A stretch of 64,000 nt of DNA from Perna viridis. Its lineage: Eukaryota. The position numbers and the translations under genes were made by a program. This document shows, one piece after another, positions 25,555 to 35,189 of this stretch. Position 1 is the stretch's first letter; each line of letters begins with the position of its first letter. Below the pieces are notes generated by a model that was not told the DNA's origin, did no database searches, and saw nothing but the letters and a program-made list of their open reading frames with translations. The DNA lies in the NCBI GenBank assembly GCA_037379345.1, contig CM074518.1, positions 45,535,586 through 45,599,585 on the forward strand, given 5' to 3'.

Positions 25555-27307
25555 ATCTGCTGCTACGCAAAGGCGTCTACCCCTACGACTATATGGATAG
25601 GTTCGAGAGGCTCCAGGAGACCCAGCTACCACCCAAGGAGGCCTTCCGCAGCCCGCTCACCGGGGAGCATATCAGCGAAGAAGACTACGCGCACGCTCAG
25701 AGGGTCAGGGGGCCTTTGGATGCAAGACCATGCGCGACTATCACGATCTCTATCTCGAGACTGACGTGATCTTGCTCGCCGACGAGAATTTCCGCGAGAT
25801 CTGCATGAAGCATTATGGACTCGCATACGACGCCGCGCTCAAGGTCAGCGGTATCAAGCTGGATCTCATTACCGACCCCGATATGCTGCTCATGGTCGAG
25901 AAGGGGATTCGCGGGGGTCTGACCATGGCGTCTCAGAGATACGCTCGGGCGAATAATCCCTACCTGCAAGATTTCGACCCGAGCAAGCCGACCAACTATC
26001 TGATGTATCTGGACGCTAATAATCTCTACGGGTGGGCCATGTGTCGGCCCCTGCCCACCAGAGATTTCAAGTGGATCGATCCCAGACCTCAGCACGCTCG
26101 GTGAGGAGGATGAGCAAGGATATATCCTGGAGGCGGATCTCGAATATCCCAGGGAGCTCCACGATCGCCATAACGACTATCCCCTCGCGCCGGAATCCAT
26201 GGTGATCAATGGAGTCAGGAAGCTAGTGGCCAACCTCCACGATAAGCAGAAATACGTGGTCCACTACGTAAATCTGAAGAAATACCTTGCCCGGGGTCTG
26301 AAGCTGAAGAAGATCCATCGAGCCATCCGATTCACCCAGAGCCCATGGTTGAGGGGGTAAGTAGAGAACAATACGGCTTGCAGGGCGGCGGCGACCACCA
26401 CCTTCGAGAAGGACTTCTTCAAGCTCATGGTGAACTCAGTATTCGGGAAGACCATGGAGAATATCCGCAAAAGGGTGGACGTCCGGCTGGTCGATAGCGA
26501 GAAGGCTGCCCGGAAGCTGGTGGCCAAGCCTAGCTTCAAGCGCAGGACGGTCTTCAACGAAGATCTGGCTGCCGTCCATCTGCATCGCACCAAGCTGGTC
26601 TTCGATAAACCCATCTACCTAGGATTCTCCATCCTTGATCTATCAAAGACCCTGATGGCCGACTTCGTCTACGACCATCTCAAGTCCCGGTATGGCGACC
26701 GACTCAGCATCTGCTATACGGATACGGATAGCTTGATCTGCGATATCCAGACGGCGGACGTATATAAGGATATGGCGGAGAGTGTGCAGGAGTGCTTCGA
26801 TACGTCCAACTATGCCCCATTCCATGCCTCCGGGATCCAGGCCGGCGTGAATAAGAAGGTGATAGGCAAATTCAAGGATGAGTGCGCCGGCCAGCCGATG
26901 ATCGAGTACGTGGGACTCCGACCGAAAGCATATGCCTTCAAGGTGGATCGCGAGGAGTGCAAGAGGGCTAAGGGCGTGAAGAAGAGCGTGGTCGAGACCT
27001 TTCTGACCTTCGCCGACTATAAGGAGTGCCTGGACACGGGCAGGGAGAAATACCGCGCGATGAATATCATCCGTAGCCGGCTCCACCAGGTCCTTACCCT
27101 AGAGACCTGCAAGAAATCCCTCTCCTCCAATAACGATAAGCGCCACATCCTGCCCGACGGCATCAGCACCCTCGCCCATGGTCACTACCAAATCGTCCAC
27201 GACTAAGGCATCGATCTACCCCCACCCCCTCCCACCCCAGAATTTCTCGAGGGTCCGTAAGCCTCGGGAAATCTTCTCGCTTCGCCGCCCCCATCTATAC
27301 ATAGCAC

Positions 27308-27432
27308 GCTCTGATGGGTGGGGATGCCCATCCCTCCTCTTCGGCACTTGGTAGGCTCTGACGGGTGCAGATGCCCATCCCACCTCTTCGGCACTTGGTA
27401 GGCTCTGACGGGTGTGGATGCCCATCCCTCCC
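27308..27432. repeat. 47-bp tandem repeat (~2.6 copies) between pPolB and protease
   Basis: Unit ctctgacgggtgcagatgcccatcccacctcttcggcacttggtagg starting at 27309, 27356 and 27403. Confidence 0.85.
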
Positions 27433-27439
27433 TAGATAA

Positions 27440-27823
27440 ATGGATAAGCCCCTTACCAATCTCGAGCTCGAGCGAGCCGTGAAGAATCTGCATATCCCGC
27501 ACTTCAGAGGCGTCTTCATGCGCGATGATCTACCATCCAAGCCCAGAGCTCTCGAGTGCGGTATCCTGAATCATGATGATCTGGCAGGCCCCGGGACTCA
27601 CTGGACGTGCTGGTTCAAGGACGGCTCCCGACGAATCTACTTTGGCTCCTACGGACTCCCTCCACCCACCGAGCTGAGACGCTATCTCGGCCTACCGATC
27701 GACCATAATACGGACGAAGTGCAGCCCCGCGGGTCGGTCATCTGCGGCCATCTCTGCCTATACGTGCTGAAGCTGCTGACGGTTGGCTGGTCCTTCGAGG
27801 ACGTCGTCTTCTTCCTGCTATAG
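27440..27823 (+). CDS. Adenain-like cysteine maturation protease (catalytic Asp apparently mutated)
   Basis: FRGVFMRDDLP, GTHWTCW, YFGSYG (usually YFDSYG), Q..GSVICGHLC. Confidence 0.88.
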   Translation: MDKPLTNLELERAVKNLHIPHFRGVFMRDDLPSKPRALECGILNHDDLAGPGTHWTCWFKDGSRRIYFGSYGLPPPTELRRYLGLPIDHNTDEVQPRGSVICGHLCLYVLKLLTVGWSFEDVVFFLL

Positions 27824-27831
27824 ATAAAAAC

Positions 27832-28395
27832 ATGGTCGATAAATTTGGTCTTAGCGTGGGCCTCACCAGAGGGGCCGACCGCCAGGGTGAGATCGAAGAG
27901 GATCTGAATATGAATTTCAACTGCATCGTCAATCTCAAGCATCCGAGGGAGAGCACAGATGCCGCGACGAGGATATTCGTGAAGCAGTCGCTGAAGAAGC
28001 TGGAGGCCGCTGACGATAAGCTGAAGGCGAAAGTCGTCAACTTGCAGGAGGAGATGCGGCGCATGAAGACCGTCGAGAAGGACGATATCACAGCTCTCAG
28101 GAGGAGGCTGGACCAAAAAGTGGATAGATCGGATTGCAGCTGCACGAATGGTGGTCAGATGAACGTTGATCTCGATATGCAGAAATACCGCATCAAAAAT
28201 CTCCCACTTCCCCAGAGCGATAATGAGCCCGTCACCAAAGCCCTATACGATCAGCTGGTGAAGGATATCTACGATGTGAGAGTCAGTGCAGATGCATCAT
28301 CCCTGAGTGCCCCCTTATCTGCCTTTTTGGATGCCCTGGAGAGCATCCGAAAAGCCATGATTATTCCAAGTCGGATTGCTTCACCCATGAGTTGA
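27832..28395 (+). CDS. Putative fibre/spike-like virion protein with coiled coil
   Basis: Two copies of the L(N/D)MxxxxIxNLxxPxxxxxxxTK/R motif flanking a heptad-rich segment. Confidence 0.5.
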   Translation: MVDKFGLSVGLTRGADRQGEIEEDLNMNFNCIVNLKHPRESTDAATRIFVKQSLKKLEAADDKLKAKVVNLQEEMRRMKTVEKDDITALRRRLDQKVDRSDCSCTNGGQMNVDLDMQKYRIKNLPLPQSDNEPVTKALYDQLVKDIYDVRVSADASSLSAPLSAFLDALESIRKAMIIPSRIASPMS

Positions 28396-29286
28396 AAGAT
28401 TTAGGGTAGCCCATCCACTTCACGAATATTTCCTTGACCCCATTCTTGGTGCGTCGCCGCAGAACCTTATCAATGCGATAAACGTCCTGATCGGTGCGCT
28501 GAAGCTCGGGCTCATAGAAGGACCCCTGGATCTCCTCTTCGTTGAAATCCTTGAGGCCATAGGTCGGCGGCTGAGTGCCCAGGACCTGCGAGAGGGTGAG
28601 GACTTCCTCTTTCCAGCGGGGCATATATCCCTTTTCGAAGATGCCCCTCTTGGCGATCCGGACCCTATCTCCAGGCTTGAATCGCGGCGGCTGCATGGGT
28701 GGGAGGTCTCCGTATAGATTCCAGAAGACCTTTGCATGATTCTCCTTCTGGCTGGCGGCGGTGGGGTCATCTTGATGGATCGATGCTTGGAGGTATTATA
28801 CTGCAGGACGAGGCCCTCCAGAATGGGGAGTAAGTGCGCGTGCTATTGGCCGAAAAATATTTGAACATCCTCTCCTTCATGGTGCGATTCCAGTGCTCGA
28901 CGACGCTCGATTTCTCCTTATTCTCCGTGGAGTAGAAATCTATCCCATGCTTCCGGAGCAGCTCCTTCACCTCCCTATTATAGAATTCGGAGCCCTTATC
29001 AGTCCATAGCTTCTGGAGGATGCGATCCTTGAAGACGGTCTGGAAGGCATCGCGCACCGTGATTCCCCTCTTATCCTTGAGCGGCACCAGCCAGCCGTAC
29101 TTGGAGAAGACGTCGATGATGCTCAAGAGAAATTTATATCCTCGATTATCGCGGGAGAAGGCGCTCATATCCACGAGATCGGCGGCCCAGGTATCGTCCA
29201 CTCCGCCCACCACCACGCGCCCTTCTGAAGTTTACGACGGACGGGCTTGTGCAGCTCCTCGGCTAGCCGATCCGACCAGAGCACTT
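28361..29286 (-). pseudogene. Retroviral-type (rve) integrase with C-terminal chromodomain, frameshifted
   Basis: LAEELHKPVRR, WAADLVDM, IDVFSKYGW, LWTDKGSEF, VEHWNRT (D-D-E triad), FKPGDRVRI, FEKGY.PRW, GSFYEPEL, VKWMGYPKSFNSWV. Confidence 0.92.
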
Positions 29287-29761
29287 TCTTTTTTTGACCC
29301 CCAGCCCGAATCTCACCTTGGAGCCGATGAGAGGTCTGACGATGCTTCGATCCATGCGCTCGCGGGCCGTGGGCTGCTGAATACCGCCCAGCTCCTTGAG
29401 CATGGTCTTATCGGAGATGGAATTGCGGGCGGTCGTATCCTGACGCTGAGCATAGCAGAGATCGTGGTGATAGGAGGCCTTATCCACTCGATTGATGGGA
29501 ATCGACCAGGGCTTAGGGATACCGTCTGCCTTCAGACGCTTATGGAGCTTCGTGCCTGGGCCGGTGAAATTATGCCCCGGTAAGTGCATTTCCACGGGCA
29601 TGCGATTGAGCATCTTATTCCAGAGCCCGGCGCCTGATGCAAAGATAAATTGAGACTTCTGGGAGCCGCAGACGGCGCAGGTCCCTGCCTTTCGCAGCCT
29701 CCCGTTGCGGCCCACCACTTCGCGTATCGGTGGGCTTTTGGCATTTGACGCAGTAGATCAT
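29263..29761 (-). pseudogene. Zn-ribbon plus parvovirus-type phospholipase A2 protein (PLA2X), one frameshift near the 5' end
   Basis: MIYCVKCQ...GTCAVCGSQKSQF, calcium-loop HNFTGPG, catalytic DKASYHHDLCY. Confidence 0.85.
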
Positions 29762-29776
29762 ACTTTTTCTATATAA

Positions 29777-30531
29777 ATGGACGTGCACGATATCTCTTAC
29801 GATGCCGTCGCAACCACCAGGAGCAATCACTACCTCCTCCCCCAGCGATCGATTTGCGGTCTGATCGTCGGGAAGTCGGGCTGCGGCAAGACCACGCTGC
29901 TGAATAACCTCCTCTTGCGCTCTGGATGGCTGGACTACGATCGCCTCTACGTCTTCGGGAAGTCTCTGCACCAGCCCATCTACCAACTCTTGCGAGCGGC
30001 TCTGGAGAAGGGTCTGACCAAAGAGGCCATCCGGGAGCTTATCACCCTGCAGGCAAATATCTCCTGCTAGATCTCATCGAGGCTCTTCCCCGAGGGCCTG
30101 GTGGGTTCGATGCCGCCTTCTTCGAGTAGGGCGGAGACGTGCCAGACCCCCGCGAGCTCGATCCGACGGATAAGAATCTGATGGTCTTCGACGATTTGAT
30201 GCTGAGCAAGCAAAATAAGTGCGAGGATTACTACGTGCGCGGTCGCCATAATAACGTCGATTGCTTCTACCTCTGTCAGAGCTACTTCAAGCTTCCGCGG
30301 CAGACCATCCGGGAGAATGCCAACTTCATCTGCCTCTTCCACCAAGACGATCGAAATCTCGATCATATCCATCGCGACTACTGCACGGATCTATCGCTCG
30401 ACCAATTCAAGACCCTCTGCCGCCGATGCTGGTCTGAGCCTCACGGCTTCGTGACCATCGATCTGACCAGCCCCAGAGAAGCCGGAAGATATCGGTTCAA
30501 ACTAGATGAATTCTTCGACCCGGATAAATAA
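29777..30531 (+). pseudogene. FtsK/A32-like genome packaging ATPase (frameshift plus stop)
   Basis: Walker A GKSGCGKTT, Walker B LMVFDD, RGRHNN, LCQSYFKLPRQTIRENAN. Lesions at ~30060-30130. Confidence 0.92.
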
Positions 30532-31094
30532 TGAAACCCATGATGAAAGATTTTCTCTTGGCCCAATTCGTCGAGCAGGCCACCCCTTGGAGGAATCTCT
30601 GCCATAGGTGCTCGCTCGAGCATCGCCTCAAGCAATTCAATGATCTCGGGCGATGCTGGTGCGGAGTGGACCATCCACGAGTCGGTCTGGAGAAGTGCGG
30701 AGATCTCTGCCAGTCTTGCATCTCCCAGCGCCTGCAAGCCGATCTGGCGGAGAGTGGTGAATGCCGATGCGCGTGCAAGCATGGGGAGATCGAGATGGAG
30801 ACTGGAGAGTGCGGGGGTGTGGGCTGGCATGGTTCATGCCTCGTCACGCCAGTACGTATGCAAGACTGGGAGAGTCTGCATGAAGACGTGCCCAGAGGGA
30901 GCCACCACCTGCCGCCTGCATATACATCCAAACGCTCTTCCGAACGCCCCCGAAAACGCCTCCCCAATCGCCCCTCCGAACGCTCCCCAATCGCCCCCTC
31001 GATCGCCGAACGCTCCCCCAATCGCCCCCTCGATCGCCCCTTCAATCGCCCCCACTCGATCAAACCCTCCTCCCTTAGGTCTCACCTGCTTTGA
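30531..31094 (+). CDS. Hypothetical Cys/His-rich protein with Pro/Arg/Ser repeat tail
   Basis: ATAAATA-ATG start, many CxxC/CxC motifs, tail encoded by ~12/24-bp cgctccccaatcgcccc repeats (30930-31065). Confidence 0.45.
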   Translation: MKPMMKDFLLAQFVEQATPWRNLCHRCSLEHRLKQFNDLGRCWCGVDHPRVGLEKCGDLCQSCISQRLQADLAESGECRCACKHGEIEMETGECGGVGWHGSCLVTPVRMQDWESLHEDVPRGSHHLPPAYTSKRSSERPRKRLPNRPSERSPIAPSIAERSPNRPLDRPFNRPHSIKPSSLRSHLL

Positions 31095-31198
31095 GCATAT
31101 CGCCTGGGCAGCCAAGTTTGGCTGGTGGTGGTGATATCTGCCTTTTCGGATGCTCCAGGGTATCCGAAAAAGCCATGATCGTAGGCATCCCTATATAA

Positions 31199-31847
31199 AT
31201 GAGCTTCATCAAGATCACGACGTGAAGCAGAATATCAAGGGGAGTCATCTGAAGAATTGCTTGAAGCTGGGAGTCAGTCGAGACCTCGGAAATTCTTCAG
31301 GCCTGTGGTGGAACCCCGGACGCAGCACTATCTCCAGCTGAGCATGACCAGTCAGGCGGATCATACCTTTGGGCTGCGATCCGAGAGCGGCAGAATTTTC
31401 ATCGGGAATGCTCCGGTCACCTTCGACGGCGACGATATCCTGGTCAATTACCAGCGATATAAGGGGACGCCTGGACTATGGGAGCTCATGATGATGAAGC
31501 GGCCTGAAGACTTCGATATGGACGACCTGGAGGCTTACGGCGATATCCTGAAGAAGACCCATGCGATCTACCAGCATAACGATGCCCTATCCAAGACCCC
31601 CAAGTCGAACCGCAGCCACAAGTGGAAGGCCATCGTATCCAATATCTATGAGGAAGATAAGAAAGGGAGCAGGATTCTCTTCCTCCCATCAGACCCGACG
31701 CAGCTGACCGAGCGCCTAGATCTATGCGCCGAGGCTTTCACGGCTGGAAATACCGGCGTCCGCAATGAGGTCGTAGCCCTCCGAAGTGAGGGGTATATCG
31801 ATACTTGCAGCGCCTTCATCGTAATATCCTTAAATAAACTATGCTAG
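31199..31847 (+). pseudogene. Conserved Maverick protein of unknown function, decayed
   Basis: Starts MSFIKIT after TATATAA. Motifs DHTFGL..FIG, YKGTPGLWEL and LPSDP..L.ERL......AGNTGVRNE recur in Maverick proteins. Confidence 0.7.
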
Positions 31848-32173
31848 TCATGAAGCACGGATATCGCCGCAAATATGCGGTTGAAGGACGAGGAATATTC
31901 GATACCGTCAGGAGTCTGCTGCTCTGGCGAGTCTTCACGTCTGCCGCCGCCAAGACTCTCGGGAAGAAGGCTGCCACAGCCGCCACCAATGCAGCCATCA
32001 AGGGAGTGGAGAAGGGCGCCACCAAAGCCGTAGATCATCTTGTGAGCAGGATCCCCTCCAAGTCTAAGTCCAAGCTCCCACCGAAAGCCGCCGCCATCCT
32101 ATCGAAGCATGAGGGAAATATCCATAACCTCATCGCAGGAGCAGGCATCGCGCGCGTGCATTCCTATCAATAA
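31841..32173 (+). CDS. Basic Ala/Lys-rich virion core protein precursor
   Basis: EGRG-IFD protease-type site followed by an amphipathic helix. Located directly upstream of the MCP. Confidence 0.6.
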   Translation: MLVMKHGYRRKYAVEGRGIFDTVRSLLLWRVFTSAAAKTLGKKAATAATNAAIKGVEKGATKAVDHLVSRIPSKSKSKLPPKAAAILSKHEGNIHNLIAGAGIARVHSYQ

Positions 32174-32174
32174 A

Positions 32175-33389
32175 ATGACCCAGATCATGAATCTCCGTGA
32201 AGACCTAGTCTTCGACGAAAGCATCCAGGGGTACGAATTTTACGAGTACGAGCCCATCACCGGGACGCAGATGAATGGCTCCGGCACCGAGATCCGACTC
32301 AGCATCGAGACGCAGGATCTCTTCCTCCATCCCACCGAAAGCTACCTTTTGCTGGAAGGGAGGCTCCAGAAGAACGATGGGACGGCCTGTGCCGATGCCG
32401 ATCTCATCTCCCTCATCAATAATGCGATGCTCTCCCTCTTCAGATCCATCACCTACAAGCTTTCCGGGCAGACGATCGAGCACCTAAACGATACCGGGGT
32501 CGCGACCACCATGCTGGGCCTTCTCACATATCCCGACGACTTCTCCAAGTCCCAAGGTCTCAACCAGCTATGGGTGAAGGATACCGCCCCCACCGCCGCC
32601 GTCGAGAATCTGGGATTTGCCGCGCGCAAGGCTTACGTCATCGCCAAGCCCGCCAATAAGGGATCCTTCTCTTTCACCATCCCCTTGAAGCATATCTTCG
32701 GCTTTGCCCAGGACTATGATAAGCTGGTCTACGGATTCAAGAATGAGCTCACTCTCGTCCGCGCATCGGATAATGACGCGATCTTTCGAGATAATGCTAA
32801 TATCAACGATGCCGGCAAGATCGTCCTCAGCAAGCTCTCCTGGTTCGTCCCCCACGTGATGCCCTCTGATGACCAGAAGCTGCGGCTCTATAAGACCATC
32901 GAGAGCAAGGTGAAGCTAGATATCGGCTTCCGCATGAGGCAGTGCGATTCGATCGCCGTCCCCGAAAGCGATAATTTCACCTGGCGATTCTCCATCCGGA
33001 GAGACCCCGATGGGTGATCGTCGCCTTCCAGACCGATAAGAGTAACGATCAAGAAGCCAACCCCGCCATCTTCGATCACTGCCGCCTAAAGAATATCTAC
33101 GTCACCCTGAATTCCCAGAGATATCCCGCCGTGGATTATAATGCCTCCTTCACCAACCAAAAGATCTCCAGGCTCTATAAGGAGGCTGCCGATTTCCGCT
33201 GAAAATTCTTCAATATGGATCACCTGGTGAGCAATCCCGGCATCACCCCCGCCGACTTTACCGATCTTCATCCCCTCTTCGTATTCGACGTCTCCAAGCA
33301 GAGCGAGCGCCTCAAGGACTCGACGATCGACGTCTATATCCGAGCCCAATTCGACCGCAATGTCGCCGCCAATACCCAAGCCTACGCAC
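32175..33389 (+). pseudogene. Double jelly-roll major capsid protein (frameshift ~33000, stop at 33200, 3' deletion)
   Basis: DESIQGYEFYEYEP, LHPTESYLLLEGRL, IPLKHIFGFAQDYDK, LSWFVPHV, VAFQT, FDHC..NSQRYP, PLFVFDVSKQSERLK. Confidence 0.88.
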
Positions 33390-33740
33390 CGGACCGTCCT
33401 AGGATTCAACGAGGAGACCTATATCTACGATGCCGACACCCACAGATATTTCGAGAGCGAGAGCATCGTGAATATCATCAACGTCAATAGCATCCTGGTG
33501 AATAGCGATATCGTCAGCGGAAGCTACGTCGACGGCGTGCAGCAGCTCGTCATCTATAGCTTCTTTCCCAACGTCTCCCCCGGCATGAAGATCGTCCAGA
33601 ATCCCAAGAATCTGATCTACCTTCCGGTGACCGTGAGCACCATCCACTCCATGGCGACGCATATCACGGATCAGGACGGCCTGCCCATCGATCTCCGCGG
33701 CGAGCACTTGACCATGCGCTTCCACCTTCGCGAGATATAA
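33390..33740 (+). pseudogene. Minor capsid (penton) protein, C-terminal half only
   Basis: RTVLGF, SESIVNIINVNSILVNSDIVSGSYVDG, IYSFFPNVSPGMKIVQNP.NLIYLPV, TDQDGLPIDLRGE. Confidence 0.85.
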
Positions 33741-33744
33741 ATAA

Positions 33745-34324
33745 ATGACGTATTCCGAGTATGGTCTGAACCTGAGCTCAAGCCAGAGGGATAAGCTCAG
33801 ACTCGCAGCCAAGCGCAAGCCAAGCCCCGTGAGTATCCGACTCTCGCACGAGAATCTCTCGGGCAACGATAAGTTGCTGCTCACGAATCGGCAGATCCAG
33901 AAGATCAATAAGCTCAAGAGGACCGGCGAAGGTGGTATGATCTTGGAGATGAGCACCACCCAGCTGAAGCAAAATAGAAAGAGGGTGGATTCCTCCCCAT
34001 GCTCGCCGGCTTGGCGATGAGACCCTCCCCATGGTAGCGAAGACCGTCCTTCCAGCCTTGGGAGTGGGTGCCTTGAGCGGCCTAGGTGGAGTCGCAGTCA
34101 ATAAAGCCTTGGGGTCTGGATTATACCTCAAGAAGGGTGGTCAGGTCTGCTGCGTGGAACCTCACGGGAAAGGTTTATATCTCTCCCAAACCCGACTGCC
34201 GAAGACCGTCCAAGGCGACGGCTTATATCTGAAGCGCGGCGGTAAGATCTACGATGGCTCTGGGTTGATCCTAGGTCCCAATAGCCCCTTCAAGGACGTC
34301 CCCCTCCTTGGCATGCTTCTCTAG
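33745..34324 (+). pseudogene. Virion core polyprotein precursor with multiple GxG/GG cleavage-type sites (frameshift ~33980)
   Basis: LLLTNRQIQKI, EGGFLPML, GSGLYL/GKGLYL/GDGLYL, C-terminal GLILGPNSPFKDVPLLGMLL. Confidence 0.75.
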
Positions 34325-34336
34325 ACCCCTAGATAA

Positions 34337-34698
34337 ATGAGTGACGAAGTAGATGATAGACTCGAGGATTTCTTAGAGTCTGAGGTCCAGAAATATGCCC
34401 ACATGCTGCGCATCTATAAGCGGTTGGATAAAGTGGTCTCCATTGCCCTATCCGCGGCTTCCATCAGCAGTCTGCTGCTTACCAGCGGCACCATGGGATC
34501 TGCTTTGACCGGAGTAGGCGCTGCTGCTTCCCTTCCCCTTGGATCCCTCGCTTGCCTAAGTGCTACGGCCATACTGGTGCTCTCGCTGATCGCCAAGTGA
34601 ATCGCCAAGAAGAAGAAGAAGCATCTTGATACTCTCCGCTTGGCCAGGTCCTATCAGTCTCAGCTTCCGGGTGAAGATAGTGCCCCGCAGTCTACCTG
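34337..34698 (+). pseudogene. Small hydrophobic-hairpin membrane protein of Mavericks (stop at 34600)
   Basis: Long Gly/Ala/Ser-rich hydrophobic segment LTGVGAAASLPLG, followed by KKKKH after the in-frame stop. Confidence 0.55.
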
Positions 34699-34747
34699 AA
34701 GAATTACTACGATGGAAAGGATCGGTTACGCCAGCCCTCGTCTCCTT

Positions 34748-35146
34748 TCAGCGAAGATCTAGCCAAGCATTCCCAGGGCACTCGCTGATTCCCACCTCAA
34801 ATATCTTTTCCGATGGGTTCATCCCATAGTTATCGATCTTGAGGAGATGCCACTTTTTCCGCGGTATCCGACCCATCTCCCGGATCATTCTGCTGCACGC
34901 CCAGACCTTGGTCTTTACCTCTTTCCTCTCCAGCGTCAGAATCATACCCTCCCCATACTGACTTTTCGTCTCCTGGACGTGCACCACTTGGAATATTTCC
35001 CAAGGTAGGTCGCGCCACCTTAGAATCGGCTCGCGTCTGGCTTCCCTTTGAGCCTGTGCCCTCTTTCTCACCTCCTCGTCGCTCTCTTCCCGCCCGGAAC
35101 CTAGCAATCGGACGTGCCGATCCATCTTTTGAGATTCGGAATCCAT
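34748..35146 (-). CDS. Hypothetical 132-aa protein, possible OB-fold ssDNA-binding protein
   Basis: Intact ORF preceded by AATAAATC-ATG. Beta-rich pattern WRDLP..FQVVHVQETKSQYGEGMILTL..KVWA. Confidence 0.5.
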   Translation of the reverse strand: MDSESQKMDRHVRLLGSGREESDEEVRKRAQAQREARREPILRWRDLPWEIFQVVHVQETKSQYGEGMILTLERKEVKTKVWACSRMIREMGRIPRKKWHLLKIDNYGMNPSEKIFEVGISECPGNAWLDLR

Positions 35147-35189
35147 GATTTATTGGAATCCAAATTTTTTTAATCTATTTTGGTGGTTG

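Larger units (their letters stand above)
21184..27206 (+). pseudogene. polB: Protein-primed family B DNA polymerase (pPolB), frameshifted, with EndoVII domain, TVpol insertion and a Mutator-like insertion; start approximate
   Basis: CFIC..VRDHCHFTGKFRGAAHNECNL (endonuclease VII-like), FHNLAGYDAH (Exo II), LRFIDSFKFM, LLLRKGVYPYDYMD, YLETDVILLAD (Exo III), YLDANNLYGWAM (motif A), KLMVNSVFGKTMEN (motif B), YTDTDS (motif C). Stop at 27206. Confidence 0.93.

Noticed and set aside
21048-35018. Many antisense or alternative-frame ORFs across the Polinton (e.g. 21048-21653, 26643-27086, 29020-29583, 33399-33959)
   Set aside because: Shadow ORFs from GC-rich codon usage opposite recognisable genes
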